A stretch of DNA of 64,000 nt from Ascidiaceihabitans sp. (GCA_028248455.1 JAOKHV010000006.1:6476-70475); one strand, 5' to 3'. Shown: positions 43,011-54,684, counted from the first letter of the stretch. The notes: generated from the sequence alone by a model not told the origin. Made by a program: numbers and translations.

Positions 43011-44630
43011 TCAGGCCTCGGATCCCTCCACGTCGGCTGCTTCGTCTTCTTCTGCTACTTCTTCTTCCAAATCTGCAATATCAACCCAACCCAATGAAAC
43101 GCGAGCTGTCATAATCATGTTCTGAGCCTCTTCAAGCTCGATACCAAATGGTTCTAGAACACCGTCATCTTTGATGCGTTCGCCATTGTCTGTCGTCCAG
43201 CCACCGGCCAGCTCCCAGTCAGCACATGTTGCAAAGTCTTCCAATGTTTTCACATCATCTTTTGCCAAAGCTTTTAGCATCTGTGGAGTCAGACCCTCAA
43301 ATGCGATCAAGCTGTCTTCAACACCCAGCGCCCGTGCTGCATCAAGCGCCGCTTTGTTTTGCGCTTCCAATACATCGCGGGCACGTGCCTGCAATTCGCC
43401 AGCAGTCGCTTCATCAACACCATCGATGACCAACAGCTCTTCTGCCTCAACGTAAGCAACCTCTTCAAGGTTCGTGAACCCTTCAGCCACTAATAGTTGT
43501 GCAAAGAATTCGTCCAGATCCAAGTTATCCATAAACAATTTGGTCCGTACTTCGAACTCTTTTTGGCGGCGTGCGGATTCATCAGCTTCGGTCATGATGT
43601 CGATATCAAGACCAGTAAGCTGTGCTGCCAAACGTACGTTTTGACCACGACGACCAATTGCCAACGAAAGCTGCTCTTCTGGAACAACAACTTCAATCTT
43701 GCCTGCTTCATCATCCAAAACAACTTTGGAAACTTCAGCTGGCTGCAATGCGTTCACAAGGAAAGTTGGTTGGTCGTCATTCCATGGGATGATGTCGATC
43801 TTCTCGCCCTGCAGTTCGTTAACAACTGCCTGAACGCGTGAACCACGCATACCAACACATGCACCAACTGGGTCGATAGAACCGTCATGTGAGATCACAG
43901 CGATTTTCGCGCGAGAACCTGGATCACGTGCAACAGCTTTAATCTCGATGATGCCATCATAGATTTCTGGAACTTCCATCTTGAACAGCTCAGCCATGAA
44001 TTCTGGCGCTGTACGAGATAAGAAGATTTGCGGGCCACGTTGCTCGCGACGCACGTCTTTGATGTAAACGCGGATACGGTCGTTCGGGCGATAAGATTCG
44101 CGGCCAATTTTTTCGTTGCGGCGCAAGATTGCTTCACCAGCACCCACATCAACAATAACGTTGCCGTACTCTTCGCGCTTGACCAAACCGTTGACAATTG
44201 AGCCAACGCGATCCTTGAATTCTTCGAACTGCCGATCACGCTCAGCTTCGCGGATTTTTTGCAAGATGACCTGTTTCGCAGATTGCGCCGCGATACGGCC
44301 CATTTCTACAGGGGGTACTTCTTCGATCAATTGCTGACCAACTTCTGGGTCGGCCATGTATTGTTTGGCTTGCTCAACAGTGAACTCAGCTTGGTAGTTC
44401 TCTAGCTCTTCTTCAGCAACAACTGTGCGCACGCGCGTAAATGTAGCTTTGCCATTTTTACGGTCGATGGAAACACGGATGTCCATTTCTGCGCCGTACC
44501 GTGATTTAGCCGCGCGTGCGAGGGATTCTTCCATCGCTTCGATAACCAACCCAGGGTCGATCATCTTTTCACGTGCGACCGCTTCAGCGGTTTGCAACAG
44601 CTCTAGCTGGTTTGCAGAAGTAATAGCCAT
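43011..44630 (-). CDS. nusA: Transcription termination factor NusA
   Basis: GRIAAQSAKQ, ARDPGSRAK, AIGRRGQN. Confidence 0.98.
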   Translation of the reverse strand: MAITSANQLELLQTAEAVAREKMIDPGLVIEAMEESLARAAKSRYGAEMDIRVSIDRKNGKATFTRVRTVVAEEELENYQAEFTVEQAKQYMADPEVGQQLIEEVPPVEMGRIAAQSAKQVILQKIREAERDRQFEEFKDRVGSIVNGLVKREEYGNVIVDVGAGEAILRRNEKIGRESYRPNDRIRVYIKDVRREQRGPQIFLSRTAPEFMAELFKMEVPEIYDGIIEIKAVARDPGSRAKIAVISHDGSIDPVGACVGMRGSRVQAVVNELQGEKIDIIPWNDDQPTFLVNALQPAEVSKVVLDDEAGKIEVVVPEEQLSLAIGRRGQNVRLAAQLTGLDIDIMTEADESARRQKEFEVRTKLFMDNLDLDEFFAQLLVAEGFTNLEEVAYVEAEELLVIDGVDEATAGELQARARDVLEAQNKAALDAARALGVEDSLIAFEGLTPQMLKALAKDDVKTLEDFATCADWELAGGWTTDNGERIKDDGVLEPFGIELEEAQNMIMTARVSLGWVDIADLEEEVAEEDEAADVEGSEA

Positions 44631-45223
44631 CAGTCTTCTCCCTCATCGGACGCTTCGGTCTCGATCTCATCAAACGTGTCTTCGTTTAGTGCGTTTTCGT
44701 TCAAAATACCTGCCGCTTTTCGCTGACGCAGCATTTCAGAAATTAGTTCATCGGTCAGCACCAATTTGGCATCGCTTAGCCAATCAAACTGTAAACCAAT
44801 CGTGCCTTCTTCAACGTTGATCAAAACATCTCTGCCATCAATTCCTGCCAATTGCCCCTTAAAGCGGCGGCGGCCATCGATCAGCTCAGTCGTTTCAATT
44901 TTAGCCTCATATCCCTCAAAGTTTTCGAAATCTTTAAGACGGGTTAAAGGCCGATCAATTCCAGGGCTGGACACTTCCAACGCATACTCATCAACAATCG
45001 GATCTTCTACATCTAAAGTTGCGCCGACAGCCGTCGAGATTTTGGCGCAGTCATCCACTTCAATCCCGCCCTCGGGCTTATCAGCCATGATTTGCAAGAT
45101 GGTATTCTTTCCAGACATCAGGCGCACACGCACCAATTCATAACCAAGATCTTCAATCACAGGAGTGATGATCTCAGCCATACGGCGGTCAATGGCAGCT
45201 TTGGCGATTAGGTCGTTGGTCAT
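44630..45223 (-). CDS. rimP: Ribosome maturation factor RimP
   Basis: [12 protein letters not shown]; upstream of nusA. Confidence 0.95.
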   Translation of the reverse strand: MTNDLIAKAAIDRRMAEIITPVIEDLGYELVRVRLMSGKNTILQIMADKPEGGIEVDDCAKISTAVGATLDVEDPIVDEYALEVSSPGIDRPLTRLKDFENFEGYEAKIETTELIDGRRRFKGQLAGIDGRDVLINVEEGTIGLQFDWLSDAKLVLTDELISEMLRQRKAAGILNENALNEDTFDEIETEASDEGED

Positions 45224-45244
45224 ATTATCCATCTAACGATTAAG

Positions 45245-45320
45245 CACAAAAAAACGGGCGCACGGCCCGCTGACTTATCCGGTGGAGCGTTGGGTTTGGA
45301 CCCCAACACGCCGCTATTGA
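45245..45320 (-). promoter_or_regulatory. rimP leader / attenuator hairpin
   Basis: On the minus strand gcgggc-cgtgc-gcccgt followed by a T run, just before the rimP start; known rimP-leader type. Confidence 0.6.
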
Positions 45321-45366
45321 TAGTCGTATACGCAGGTTAAACTGAGTCTACAACCCCTGTTCGGGG

Positions 45367-46227
45367 TTAGGCCATCCACCAGCGCGTTGCCATGCGGGTA
45401 TTGTCGAGCGGCCAAAACTGCCCAATCGCCTTTGGTTGTGCGATTGAATGCCGTGCTATCTGCTGAACATAACGAGGGCTGGGTAATAATTGAAAGTCTA
45501 TCGGATCAGAATACGAATCAAGGGCCGAAATATCTGCAACGTCAACCAAACCGGTTCGCAACGCCTCTGCGCGAACTTCGTCTGCAGAGATTGAAACCAA
45601 TTCGATCTCATCAAACCAGCCTGCTGACATATTTTTGCGATGTTTTAATACGCGTGTTCCAATGAATTGCTGACCCGCTTGGAACTTATAAACACGATAT
45701 AGACCTGTACCAATTCCAGCTGCCTGTCGTGATGGCTGCGCAGGCATCACCGCAAACTCCGGATCCGCAAGTAAATACGGAAAGCTTTGATTGGCTTCAG
45801 TCAATGTTACAACAACTTGATTGGACCGCCTAATAGCGGCCCCTTGAACACCGAGGCGTGAGTGCCGCTCAAACAAAGAAACCAAATCATCAGCATGCAA
45901 CGCAATATTGTCATGAAACATCACTGAGGGTTGGATCAAAAACGACCAGGTTTTACCAGCATCATTGGTTTCCCAAGATTGCGCAATATCGCCACGCAAG
46001 GTTCCATCGCCTGCGATCTCAGTCAGGGTTTCAAAAACTGCGCCACGCGCCGCCTGCATGAATGCACCATCAAATGCGCCCCAATGATCGCTGCGCGTTG
46101 CGCCAGATAACGCCGCGCGCAAACGACCGCCACGACACGGTGCAGTTTGTCCGGATACACCCGTCGCCGCCAACAATGCAGCTGCGGCACCAGATGTGAA
46201 AAGAACTCGGCGATCGATTCGGTTCAT
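45367..46227 (-). CDS. Short family-5 ABC substrate-binding protein with Tat signal
   Basis: IDRRVLF twin-Arg, GGRLR, FHD, GTGLY. Confidence 0.7.
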   Translation of the reverse strand: MNRIDRRVLFTSGAAAALLAATGVSGQTAPCRGGRLRAALSGATRSDHWGAFDGAFMQAARGAVFETLTEIAGDGTLRGDIAQSWETNDAGKTWSFLIQPSVMFHDNIALHADDLVSLFERHSRLGVQGAAIRRSNQVVVTLTEANQSFPYLLADPEFAVMPAQPSRQAAGIGTGLYRVYKFQAGQQFIGTRVLKHRKNMSAGWFDEIELVSISADEVRAEALRTGLVDVADISALDSYSDPIDFQLLPSPRYVQQIARHSIAQPKAIGQFWPLDNTRMATRWWMA

Positions 46228-47195
46228 GATGCTGCAATCCTATTCATAGCGCGCACCAACCCAGCCGTAATTCCAGGTTCCGAAAGCGTATGCCCCGCAT
46301 AAGGAATCATATCTAAATCACAAGCTGGCCAAACTTTTGCGATGGTGTAGGCTGCTTGTGGTGGGCAAATCATATCATAACGTCCCTGAACAATCACACC
46401 GGGAATATGTGCTATGCGGTCCATATTTGTCAAAATTTCACCATCAGTTTCCAAGAAACCTCCATTAACAAAATAATGATTTTCGAGGCGCGCAAAAGCG
46501 CGCGCATATTCACCTGGGGATTCACCCACACTACCGTTTGAATTTATTGAGGCCAGCGCGTTCTCCCATGAGGACCACGCCTTTGCATATTTCAATTCAG
46601 TCTGCATATCACCGCAAAATAAACGTTTAGCATACGCAGCGATTAAATCATCTTGTTCATCCACTGGAATTAGACCTGCAAATCGGTCCCAAACTTCCGG
46701 CCAGAATTTCCCAGCACCACCGCCATAGAACCAATCAAGCTCTGCTTGGGTCATCAGAAAAACACCGCGAAGGACCAAATGCGTCGTGCGGTCAGGATAG
46801 GATTGAGCGTAAATCAACGACAGTGTCGCGCCCCAACTGCCGCCAAAAACAATCCACGAATCAATACCTAGCGAAGCACGGATCGCTTCGATGTCGTCAA
46901 CCAAATGCCATGTTGTGTTGTTTTCGACCGAAGCGTGCGGGCGTGAACGACCACAGCCGCGCTGATCGAACAGGATGATATGGTAAATGTCTGGATCAAA
47001 ATAACGACGCATTGCGGGGCTACATCCACCGCCCGGGCCACCATGCAACACCACAACGGGGACACCTTTTGGGTTCCCACATTGCTCAACATAGATACGA
47101 TGACCCTGCCCAACATCCATCATCCGCTGATCGAAAGGGTCGATCGGCGGGTACAGATATTGAACTGCGCGCTTTTGGTCCGTGTGTTTGTCCAT
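46224..47195 (-). CDS. pip: Proline iminopeptidase
   Basis: [22 protein letters not shown]. Confidence 0.93.
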   Translation of the reverse strand: MDKHTDQKRAVQYLYPPIDPFDQRMMDVGQGHRIYVEQCGNPKGVPVVVLHGGPGGGCSPAMRRYFDPDIYHIILFDQRGCGRSRPHASVENNTTWHLVDDIEAIRASLGIDSWIVFGGSWGATLSLIYAQSYPDRTTHLVLRGVFLMTQAELDWFYGGGAGKFWPEVWDRFAGLIPVDEQDDLIAAYAKRLFCGDMQTELKYAKAWSSWENALASINSNGSVGESPGEYARAFARLENHYFVNGGFLETDGEILTNMDRIAHIPGVIVQGRYDMICPPQAAYTIAKVWPACDLDMIPYAGHTLSEPGITAGLVRAMNRIAAS

Positions 47196-47244
47196 TAGAG
47201 CCCTATGTAATCTAGGAACGCTAAGAAAACAGATGGAGAGCAAA

Positions 47245-47991
47245 ATGCAAGCGCCTCAAACGACAGTAGACCCATTAGAAGTCGCCAAATTTGAAGCGAT
47301 GGCCACAGAATGGTGGGATCCCAACGGGAAATTCAAACCATTGCACATGCTAAACCCTTGCCGTCTTGATTATATCACGAGCCAAATTGCCGGTGAGTTT
47401 AATCGCAATCTATCAACATCTGACGCCTTTAAAGGGCTGCGCATTCTAGATATCGGTTGTGGTGGCGGTTTACTGTCTGAGCCGATGGCACGTCTTGGGG
47501 CAGAAATAATTGGCGTTGATGCGGCTGCAAGAAATATTCCTGTTGCGACAGCACATGCTGCAAAATCTGGGCTGAATATCGATTACCGCCACACTACCGC
47601 CGAATCGATGGCCGCAGATGGCGAGCGATTCGATGTCATTATGAACATGGAAGTTGTTGAGCACGTCGCCAATCCACTGACCTATCTGACCGCGTGCCAA
47701 GAATTGCTAAAGCCCGGCGGGTTGCACATTTGCTCAACGATTAACCGTAATCCAAAATCCTACATGTTTGCGATTATTGGGGCAGAGCATGTTATGCGCT
47801 GGCTTCCTAAAGGGACCCACGAGTGGAGCAAATTCATCACGCCAGATGAACTGTTTGGATTGCTAGAAAAATCAGGCATGACCCCAGTGGATCGCCAAGG
47901 TTTTGTGTTCAATCCACTGACATGGAGATGGCGTTTATCTGACCGTGACTTGAGCGTGAACTACGTCACTGCAAGCACGAAAACAGTCTAA
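47245..47991 (+). CDS. ubiG: Ubiquinone biosynthesis O-methyltransferase
   Basis: [31 protein letters not shown]. Confidence 0.95.
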   Translation: MQAPQTTVDPLEVAKFEAMATEWWDPNGKFKPLHMLNPCRLDYITSQIAGEFNRNLSTSDAFKGLRILDIGCGGGLLSEPMARLGAEIIGVDAAARNIPVATAHAAKSGLNIDYRHTTAESMAADGERFDVIMNMEVVEHVANPLTYLTACQELLKPGGLHICSTINRNPKSYMFAIIGAEHVMRWLPKGTHEWSKFITPDELFGLLEKSGMTPVDRQGFVFNPLTWRWRLSDRDLSVNYVTASTKTV

Positions 47992-48419
47992 AGCTGCTTT
48001 CGCAATTCCCGCAGAATGGGCAGTACGGCGCGCACGCCTTCCTCACCCAGTTGTTCGATCACGTTATCAACAATCGGTGCAATTGCATTTAATGCCTCAT
48101 CACGCGCTTGGCGCCCTGCGGGGCTTATCGCAACCATCTTGCGGCGCGCGTCGTCCCAATCTGGCCGAATGTGGATGTATCCTGCCCACTCCAGTTTACC
48201 CAACGTATTGGTAATTGCACCGCGCGTAACATTAAATGTTTCAGCCAACTGCGCAGGACTACGTTCCCCCTCGTGCCAAGCCAGATGGTTTAGGATTGAA
48301 AAGTGTGAAATTTCCATCCCTTTAGGCAACACACTTGTGAGACGGTAACGAACTTTTTGATCCGCCGCTAAAATCTCACTAAAGAGTGAGATCGCGAGTG
48401 CATTTTTATCTGTGCTCAT
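47988..48419 (-). CDS. MarR-family regulator
   Basis: Winged HTH, DDARRK. Confidence 0.85.
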   Translation of the reverse strand: MSTDKNALAISLFSEILAADQKVRYRLTSVLPKGMEISHFSILNHLAWHEGERSPAQLAETFNVTRGAITNTLGKLEWAGYIHIRPDWDDARRKMVAISPAGRQARDEALNAIAPIVDNVIEQLGEEGVRAVLPILRELRKQL

Positions 48420-48422
48420 GTC

Positions 48423-49265
48423 TTAAGACTTTAACTGAGGGGCTAAGAACGGTCTAGCGTTCGATAATGACGGCACTTTTTGCCGCGCTTTGGTTACATT
48501 AACCATTTCAATGTCAAATGCATAAGCGCCAGCATCGACACCCGCGTCAAGGACAACCTCGCCCCACGGATCAACAACAAGGGAATGCCCATAAGTTGAC
48601 CGCGCTTTGGACCCTGTCGTTGAATGAGTACCCGTCTGCGCAGCAGCAATTACATAGCATCCCGTTTCAATTGCACGCGCTCGCAACAAACTGTGCCAAT
48701 GAGCTGCACCAGTGACCGGTGAAAACGCAGATGGATATAGCAAAATTTGCGCACCCGCCTGCGCCAGCGCATTCGCAAGCAATGGGAAACGCAGGTCATA
48801 GCAAATTGCCATTCCAACCTTGCCCAGCACAGTATCTGCAACAACTGCTCTGTCGCCAGGCCGGTAACCTGCAGATTCACGATAGGTTTCAGTTTCAGAA
48901 ATCTGAACGTCGAACATATGAATCTTGTCGTATTGCCCGACGATGTGTCCCAACGGGTTAATCAAAAATGAGCGATTAGAAAAACGCCCATCTGGATCAT
49001 CAGTCTTAATTGCCAATGAGCCAATAGAAACTGAAATGTACAATTCACGTGCTAAACTGCACAGTCCTTTCAGTGTTTCATCATCGCCTTGATGGCGCAG
49101 CACATCATTCTGGCGCGCGCGGCTGGTCGAAACACAATTAGTCACTTCAGGCGTAAAGATAAATTCAGCACCTGTGGATGCCGCCTGCCGCACATATTTG
49201 ATCATGTGCGACAGGTTTTCAGACGGATCGTCTGATGCATTCGTTTGTATAATTGCGGCGCGCAT
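48423..49265 (-). CDS. Carbon-nitrogen hydrolase (Nit-like)
   Basis: PE, YDKIHMFD, ICYDLRFP, GHSLVVDPWG. Confidence 0.9.
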   Translation of the reverse strand: MRAAIIQTNASDDPSENLSHMIKYVRQAASTGAEFIFTPEVTNCVSTSRARQNDVLRHQGDDETLKGLCSLARELYISVSIGSLAIKTDDPDGRFSNRSFLINPLGHIVGQYDKIHMFDVQISETETYRESAGYRPGDRAVVADTVLGKVGMAICYDLRFPLLANALAQAGAQILLYPSAFSPVTGAAHWHSLLRARAIETGCYVIAAAQTGTHSTTGSKARSTYGHSLVVDPWGEVVLDAGVDAGAYAFDIEMVNVTKARQKVPSLSNARPFLAPQLKS

Positions 49266-49522
49266 TATGCGGCCAACATGCCATCCAAATGACCAGCGCG
49301 TTCCAGCGCAAACAATTCGTCACATCCACCAACATGGATTTCGCCGATAAATATCTGCGGAACAGTGCGGGCACCATTTGCACGTTTGATCATAGCTGGC
49401 TTTTCGTCGGGGTTAGACAAAACGTCTGTTTCATCGAACTCAACGCCTTTTTGGTTCAACAGACTTTTGGCACGGTGGCAAAAGCCGCACAGTGGAGAGG
49501 TGTAGATTTCAACCTTTTTCAT
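49265..49522 (-). CDS. grxC: Glutaredoxin 3
   Basis: CGFC, TVPQIFI, GGCD. Confidence 0.93.
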   Translation of the reverse strand: MKKVEIYTSPLCGFCHRAKSLLNQKGVEFDETDVLSNPDEKPAMIKRANGARTVPQIFIGEIHVGGCDELFALERAGHLDGMLAA

Positions 49523-49559
49523 AGGTCAGATCCTTCAATAATTTTCGCTTGGCCCTGAC

Positions 49560-50291
49560 TTAGGTGTCTTTTGCGGCACGCGCTAGTGTTAGCGCAGATA
49601 CGTGATCCAATTCACCAACGTAACACGCCTCTGTCGCAGCAGCTAATGCTGCACCAGAAGTCATGACGCCATCAATCAAAAACAAAGACCGACCGATCAT
49701 ACGCCCCCTACGATAGGTATGAAACTTCATAACACCCTGCAAATGCGCAAATCTTTCGGTATGCCCCATCCCGCCCAATGCTTGGGTTCGCTTAAACAGC
49801 TGAAGTGCGTCTGGGCACCACGCCAAATCAAGGTGTTTTGCCACACTCTTCGCAAGCAACGCTGATTAATTATAGCGCCGTTTAAGCAATCTCGTCCAAT
49901 ACAATTGAACCGAGACCACCAGCATATTTGGCTTCAAAATATCATGTGCAACCGCCGCCATCCAGATGGACGCTGGTCCAACGACATCTTGTCGATCCCC
50001 GCGTTTAAGGACCAACACAATCCTGCGTCCGTTTTCATTGTACAAAATCGCTGATCGACCGTTCGCCCAAGGGCGTTGCGTGCGCAAACAGTCATCACAA
50101 TGCAATTCTCCCTCGCCGCTGTGTCCAATCAACGGGACCCCGCAACCATCGCAAATGGCACCTCCAATAAACTGCGTGTCTCTCCAGCTTGGCCCACACA
50201 ATCCAAAGTCACTGTTCACAAGATCCGAGCACGTGAGACACCGCGGAGGATGTATCATTGCAGGAGCTGTTTGAATTGTAGCGCCGAGCAT
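49560..50291 (-). pseudogene. comF: ComF-family protein pseudogene
   Basis: Zn-ribbon CxxC pairs and PRT motif (IDGVMTSGA) split by TAA at 49866-49868 where RYNQS is expected. Confidence 0.8.
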
Positions 50292-50305
50292 TCTATCTAC
50301 CGTTT

Positions 50306-51124
50306 ATGACATCACCAAAACTTCTGACCGACTCCAAATCCTTGCTTCAACAACGCGCCCGCGCGTCGTCTGATGGTTTGTTCCTGCATGATCTAGCCGC
50401 CGATGAGGTCCAGGATCGTATAGGCATGGTTAATAGGCCGTTTAATTCAGTAGCTGTAGTCAGCGGATTTCCTAAGCATTGGGCAAAATCATTGCCTCAA
50501 GCTACAACAGTCACTGATGACGAAACCCTACAGCTGGAACCCTCTCAATACGATGTAGTCATCCACGCACTGGGATTACATTGGGCTAACGATCCTGTTG
50601 GACAAATTATCCAGTGCCGCCGCGCGTTGCGCCCTGACGGCTTGTTTCTTGGCGCAACATATGGCGGCGAAACACTAAATGAATTGCGCAGTTGCTTGGG
50701 GCAGGCTGAAATCGAAGTGTCCGGCGGGCTATCTCCACGTATCGCCCCAATGGGTGAAATTCGTGACATGGGCGGGCTGTTGCAACGCGCCGGATTGGCC
50801 CTACCTGTGGCGGACAATCAAACAACCAATGTGGTTTATCGCGACATTTGGCACCTCATGCACGATCTGCGTGCCATGGGTGAAACCAACGCACTAACCA
50901 CACGCCTTCGTACCTCGACGCGCCGTGCGGTTTTCAAGCGCGCTAATGAATTGTACCAAAAAACATTCCCCGCCGCTCACGGCGGAATTACAGCGACCTT
51001 TGACATTATATACCTCACCGGGTGGTCGCCTGATGAAAGCCAACCCAAACCACTTCGTCCCGGCTCAGCCAGCGCACGTCTGGCAGATGCATTAAAAACC
51101 GAAGAAAAACCGCTGTCAGATTGA
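50306..51124 (+). CDS. SAM-dependent methyltransferase (BioC/NDUFAF5-like)
   Basis: LHWAND, L.PDGLFLG, GLALPVAD, DLRAMGE. Confidence 0.85.
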   Translation: MTSPKLLTDSKSLLQQRARASSDGLFLHDLAADEVQDRIGMVNRPFNSVAVVSGFPKHWAKSLPQATTVTDDETLQLEPSQYDVVIHALGLHWANDPVGQIIQCRRALRPDGLFLGATYGGETLNELRSCLGQAEIEVSGGLSPRIAPMGEIRDMGGLLQRAGLALPVADNQTTNVVYRDIWHLMHDLRAMGETNALTTRLRTSTRRAVFKRANELYQKTFPAAHGGITATFDIIYLTGWSPDESQPKPLRPGSASARLADALKTEEKPLSD

Positions 51125-51177
51125 CCTGCGCCTAAAAGCGGCTATTTGATCTGCAAGCACTTAGTTGAGAGAATATT

Positions 51178-52227
51178 ATGTTGGACGCCAAAATCCCCAC
51201 CCATGCAGAACAAGACCACCCAAAAGTTAAGAAACCAAAAGTTGGTATCCTGCTCTCAAACCTTGGGACCCCAGACAACTACGACTATTGGTCGATGCGC
51301 CGCTATTTGGGTGAATTCTTATCTGACCGCCGTGTCATTGATTACAGCCCCTGGCTTTGGCAGCCGCTTCTTCAACTCATCATCTTAACCAAACGCCCGT
51401 TTAGTTCCGGCGCTGCTTACAAATCCATTTGGAATGAAGAAGCAAACGAAAGCCCATTACTAACCATTACAAAAGCACAAACCGCCAAGATCAAAACAGC
51501 AATGCAGGCCCGTTACGGTGATGACGTAATGGTTGATTTTTGCATGCGATATGGCAACCCATCAACAAAATCAAAAGTACGTGAAATGACAGAAGCAGGG
51601 TGCCAAAAAATCCTATTTTTCCCGCTGTACCCACAATACGCCGGCGCGACCTCTGCAACCGCCAACGACGAATTCTTCCGTGCTTTGCTAGAGGAAACGT
51701 GGCAGCCAACAGCCCGTACTGTTCAGCCTTATTTTGACGATCCAGTCTATATCGACGCGTTGGCACAATCGATTGAGAAGGCTTATGCAGGCCTAGAAAA
51801 ACGTGCTGACCTTTTGATCTGTTCCTACCATGGAGTTCCAAAACGCTACCTGATGCAGGGCGATCCGTATCATTGTCACTGCCAAAAGACGACGCGCCTT
51901 TTGAAAGAGCGGTTGGGTTGGGACGACACAGAAATCAAAACCACATTCCAGTCCAAGTTTGGGCCGGAGGAGTGGTTGCAGCCTTACACTGTTAAAGAAG
52001 TTGCGCGTCTTGCTGAAGCTGGGACAAAAAACATTGCCGTTTGCGCACCAGCATTTTCAGCTGATTGCATCGAGACACTGGAAGAAATCAACGAAGAAAT
52101 CTTCGAGAGCTTCGAGCACGCTGGTGGAGAAAACTTTACCTATATTCCTTGCCTGAATGATGACGATACTCACATCAAGGCACTTGAAAAAGTCATCGAA
52201 AGAAACCTGCAAGGTTGGTTAGACTGA
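51178..52227 (+). CDS. hemH: Ferrochelatase
   Basis: NLGTP, PLYPQY, HGVP, FQSKFG, DCIETLEE. Confidence 0.96.
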   Translation: MLDAKIPTHAEQDHPKVKKPKVGILLSNLGTPDNYDYWSMRRYLGEFLSDRRVIDYSPWLWQPLLQLIILTKRPFSSGAAYKSIWNEEANESPLLTITKAQTAKIKTAMQARYGDDVMVDFCMRYGNPSTKSKVREMTEAGCQKILFFPLYPQYAGATSATANDEFFRALLEETWQPTARTVQPYFDDPVYIDALAQSIEKAYAGLEKRADLLICSYHGVPKRYLMQGDPYHCHCQKTTRLLKERLGWDDTEIKTTFQSKFGPEEWLQPYTVKEVARLAEAGTKNIAVCAPAFSADCIETLEEINEEIFESFEHAGGENFTYIPCLNDDDTHIKALEKVIERNLQGWLD

Positions 52228-52298
52228 TCAATTGAATTTGATTACGAGGGTCCAAAATTAGACCCTTTCCGATCTGAGTAAAACCCATACTCTAAAAC

Positions 52299-52331
52299 GA
52301 AAAAAGGCGACGCTTGGAGGCGTCGCCTTTA
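52299..52331. terminator. Terminator between convergent hemH and small protein gene
   Basis: aaaggcgacgc-ttggag-gcgtcgccttt with a long A run on the left. Confidence 0.8.
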
Positions 52332-52350
52332 ATAGACTTAACGCTTCAGC

Positions 52351-52530
52351 TTACTTAGCTGCAGCTGCTGCAGCTAAAGCCAAAAGAAGCAACGGCAAAA
52401 GAGCGCCATTTGAAGAACCACTAGCCTCTTCGACGATTACTGGTGCTTCGATTACTGCTTCAGCGTAAGAGCCAGCGAAAGATGTTGTTGCTACGGCTGT
52501 CAAAGCAGCTGCGAGTACTAGTTTCTTCAT
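52351..52530 (-). CDS. Small secreted/membrane protein (59 aa)
   Basis: ggag RBS, MKK signal peptide, hydrophobic Ala-rich C-terminus. Confidence 0.7.
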   Translation of the reverse strand: MKKLVLAAALTAVATTSFAGSYAEAVIEAPVIVEEASGSSNGALLPLLLLALAAAAAAK

Positions 52531-52666
52531 ATCATTCTCCAGATTAGGCGTACAAAAAATACTGGGTACGCACCCAAGACGTGCCTCGTCAGCTTGTCTA
52601 AACAATTAATTGGCAAGATTGCAAACATACTTTGTCGTTATCACTAAAAGAATTGTCATTTTTTTG

Positions 52667-53263
52667 TCAAATTAGCAACACTTGAGTGCCAACTTGTGTT
52701 TTGGAGAACAACTCTGCGATATGCTCGTTGTATAGGCCAATACATCCACTAGACGATTTACGGCCAATCTTACGCGTATCATGCGTTCCATGAATCCGAT
52801 AATATGTCCAGCTAAGATAAAGCGCGTGTGACCCCAAAGGGTTCTCTGGACCTGGACCAATGAATTTTGGCCATTCAGGATTAAGTTTTAACATCGATGG
52901 CGTTGGGCGCCAGCTTGGGCCATCCACCTTGCGCGTAATTTCTGTACGACCACGGCGAGTCAATTCTTCGGTGAGCGGAACGCTAGATGGGTAGAGTTTA
53001 TATTCAGTCTGATCTTCATTCCAAAAATGGACTGCTCGACTGTCAATATCGACAAGAATTGCGCCTTTTTGTGTATTTTCAAAGTAAGGGCGCCAATCCA
53101 GAGTACGGAAACTAGAGATATTGCGCCGCACTGATTTTGTCTGATCACGTTCTGCGAAGCCTGGCAAATCGTTTGTTTGAGCCAATACAGGCGTGGCTAG
53201 AACGGCGGCAGATCCAGTTAGGAACGCACGGCGTGTAGGAATTTCAAATAGCTTTATGGACAT
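52667..53263 (-). CDS. L,D-transpeptidase (YkuD), Tat-exported
   Basis: TRRAFL; RIHGT...SSGCI. Confidence 0.9.
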   Translation of the reverse strand: MSIKLFEIPTRRAFLTGSAAVLATPVLAQTNDLPGFAERDQTKSVRRNISSFRTLDWRPYFENTQKGAILVDIDSRAVHFWNEDQTEYKLYPSSVPLTEELTRRGRTEITRKVDGPSWRPTPSMLKLNPEWPKFIGPGPENPLGSHALYLSWTYYRIHGTHDTRKIGRKSSSGCIGLYNEHIAELFSKTQVGTQVLLI

Positions 53264-53434
53264 TATTGCCTCTCCATCGCTTATACTCTTGCTTTGAAGA
53301 GAACATTATTGCGCAAAAGACGCAGTCGCAAATCAAACAACCGTTATTGTGCGCGCTCACGCCGATGTGCGTTTGAAATGCCACGCAACTCACGGTATGG
53401 TGGAAGTAACGGAAATTTCCGAGTGGAGCAAAAA

Positions 53435-54067
53435 ATGGTCAGAATGATCGCAATTATTATGGTCGGGTTGCTTTCACTTTCCGCCTGTGTGCCAGTAGAG
53501 CCTCAATTGGGCCGTGACGGCAAACCAGCTGCGAAGATTTACAAAATTGGCGGCGATGCGATCGGTAAGCTTCAGTTCCGTATGCTTGACTCGGTAAACG
53601 CACTGCGCAGCTCAAAAGGTGCTACTCCTGTTGAGCTAAATCCACAGTTGAATGCCGCCGCAGCAACGCACTCACGCGATATGTCCATTCAAAACCGCCC
53701 TTGGCACTTTGGTTCAGACGGTTCATCCCCAATCGATCGCGTACAACGCGTTGGCTACACTGGACAGTTAGTTGGAGAAAACATCTCTGAATCTTATGAA
53801 ACCGAATTAGAGACATTAGGTGCTTGGATTGAACAACCAGACACACGCCGCACAATTCTCGCCGCCGATGCCGAAGATATGGGTTTTGCATGGCATCAAG
53901 AAGAAAACGGTAAAATTTGGTGGACCTTGATAATGGGCAACCCAACGACATCTCCTTTGATCCCATCGGCCAATCCATCAGCAAACCGTTTGGTGCCAAT
54001 TGTGGTTTCAGAGGAAACAGCGACAATAAGTGAAGACGCGACCGAAATTGTTGCTGCTGCCGAGTAA
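53435..54067 (+). CDS. CAP/SCP-domain lipoprotein
   Basis: Lipobox LSAC, HSRDM, H.GSDGS, GENI. Confidence 0.85.
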   Translation: MVRMIAIIMVGLLSLSACVPVEPQLGRDGKPAAKIYKIGGDAIGKLQFRMLDSVNALRSSKGATPVELNPQLNAAAATHSRDMSIQNRPWHFGSDGSSPIDRVQRVGYTGQLVGENISESYETELETLGAWIEQPDTRRTILAADAEDMGFAWHQEENGKIWWTLIMGNPTTSPLIPSANPSANRLVPIVVSEETATISEDATEIVAAAE

Positions 54068-54092
54068 TAGAACAAACGCTTAAGACCGCAAT

Positions 54093-54611
54093 TTATGGAT
54101 TGATCTTAATCGGCGTACCGTTTTTCACCATCGAATAGATCTCTTCGATTTCGTGGTTCGGCACTGCAATGCATCCCCAAGTCCAATCGTTTCTGCCCAA
54201 CTTACGGCGATCTGATTCACCGTGAATAAATATGTCTCCACCTGGAGGTTTGCCCAGCGTTGCAGCCTCTGCCCGATCTCTTTCGTTTGGGTATGAAATC
54301 CCGATAGAAAGGTGAAACTTACTGTAAGGATTTTTACGATTAATAAAATAGTTACCTTCAGGTGTCTTGCCGTCGCCTTCGTAATATTTGTCGCCAACAG
54401 GTGAAAATCCAAGATCAACTTTATATTTCTTAAGCATAGTATCGTTGTGAAAAAAGAACATTCTGCGTTCAGATTTATTCACAATAATATAAGTAACTTC
54501 AGGGCCTAGATAGGTTTTAAATTTGCTTTCCGACGTAGAACTAATTTCTTTAGTACACGCACTAACAATGGCAGAGGCGAACCCACTCAAAATCAAAACT
54601 CTACGCTTCAT
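54093..54611 (-). CDS. L,D-transpeptidase family (YafK-like) lipoprotein
   Basis: GDGKTPEG, IFIHG, WTWGCIA. Confidence 0.85.
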   Translation of the reverse strand: MKRRVLILSGFASAIVSACTKEISSTSESKFKTYLGPEVTYIIVNKSERRMFFFHNDTMLKKYKVDLGFSPVGDKYYEGDGKTPEGNYFINRKNPYSKFHLSIGISYPNERDRAEAATLGKPPGGDIFIHGESDRRKLGRNDWTWGCIAVPNHEIEEIYSMVKNGTPIKINP

Positions 54612-54684
54612 AAAGCCCGCTCAAATTATATTCTATGATACTCAGTTCTAACATGATTGATCGCTTTTGGAACAAAAAATAAGG

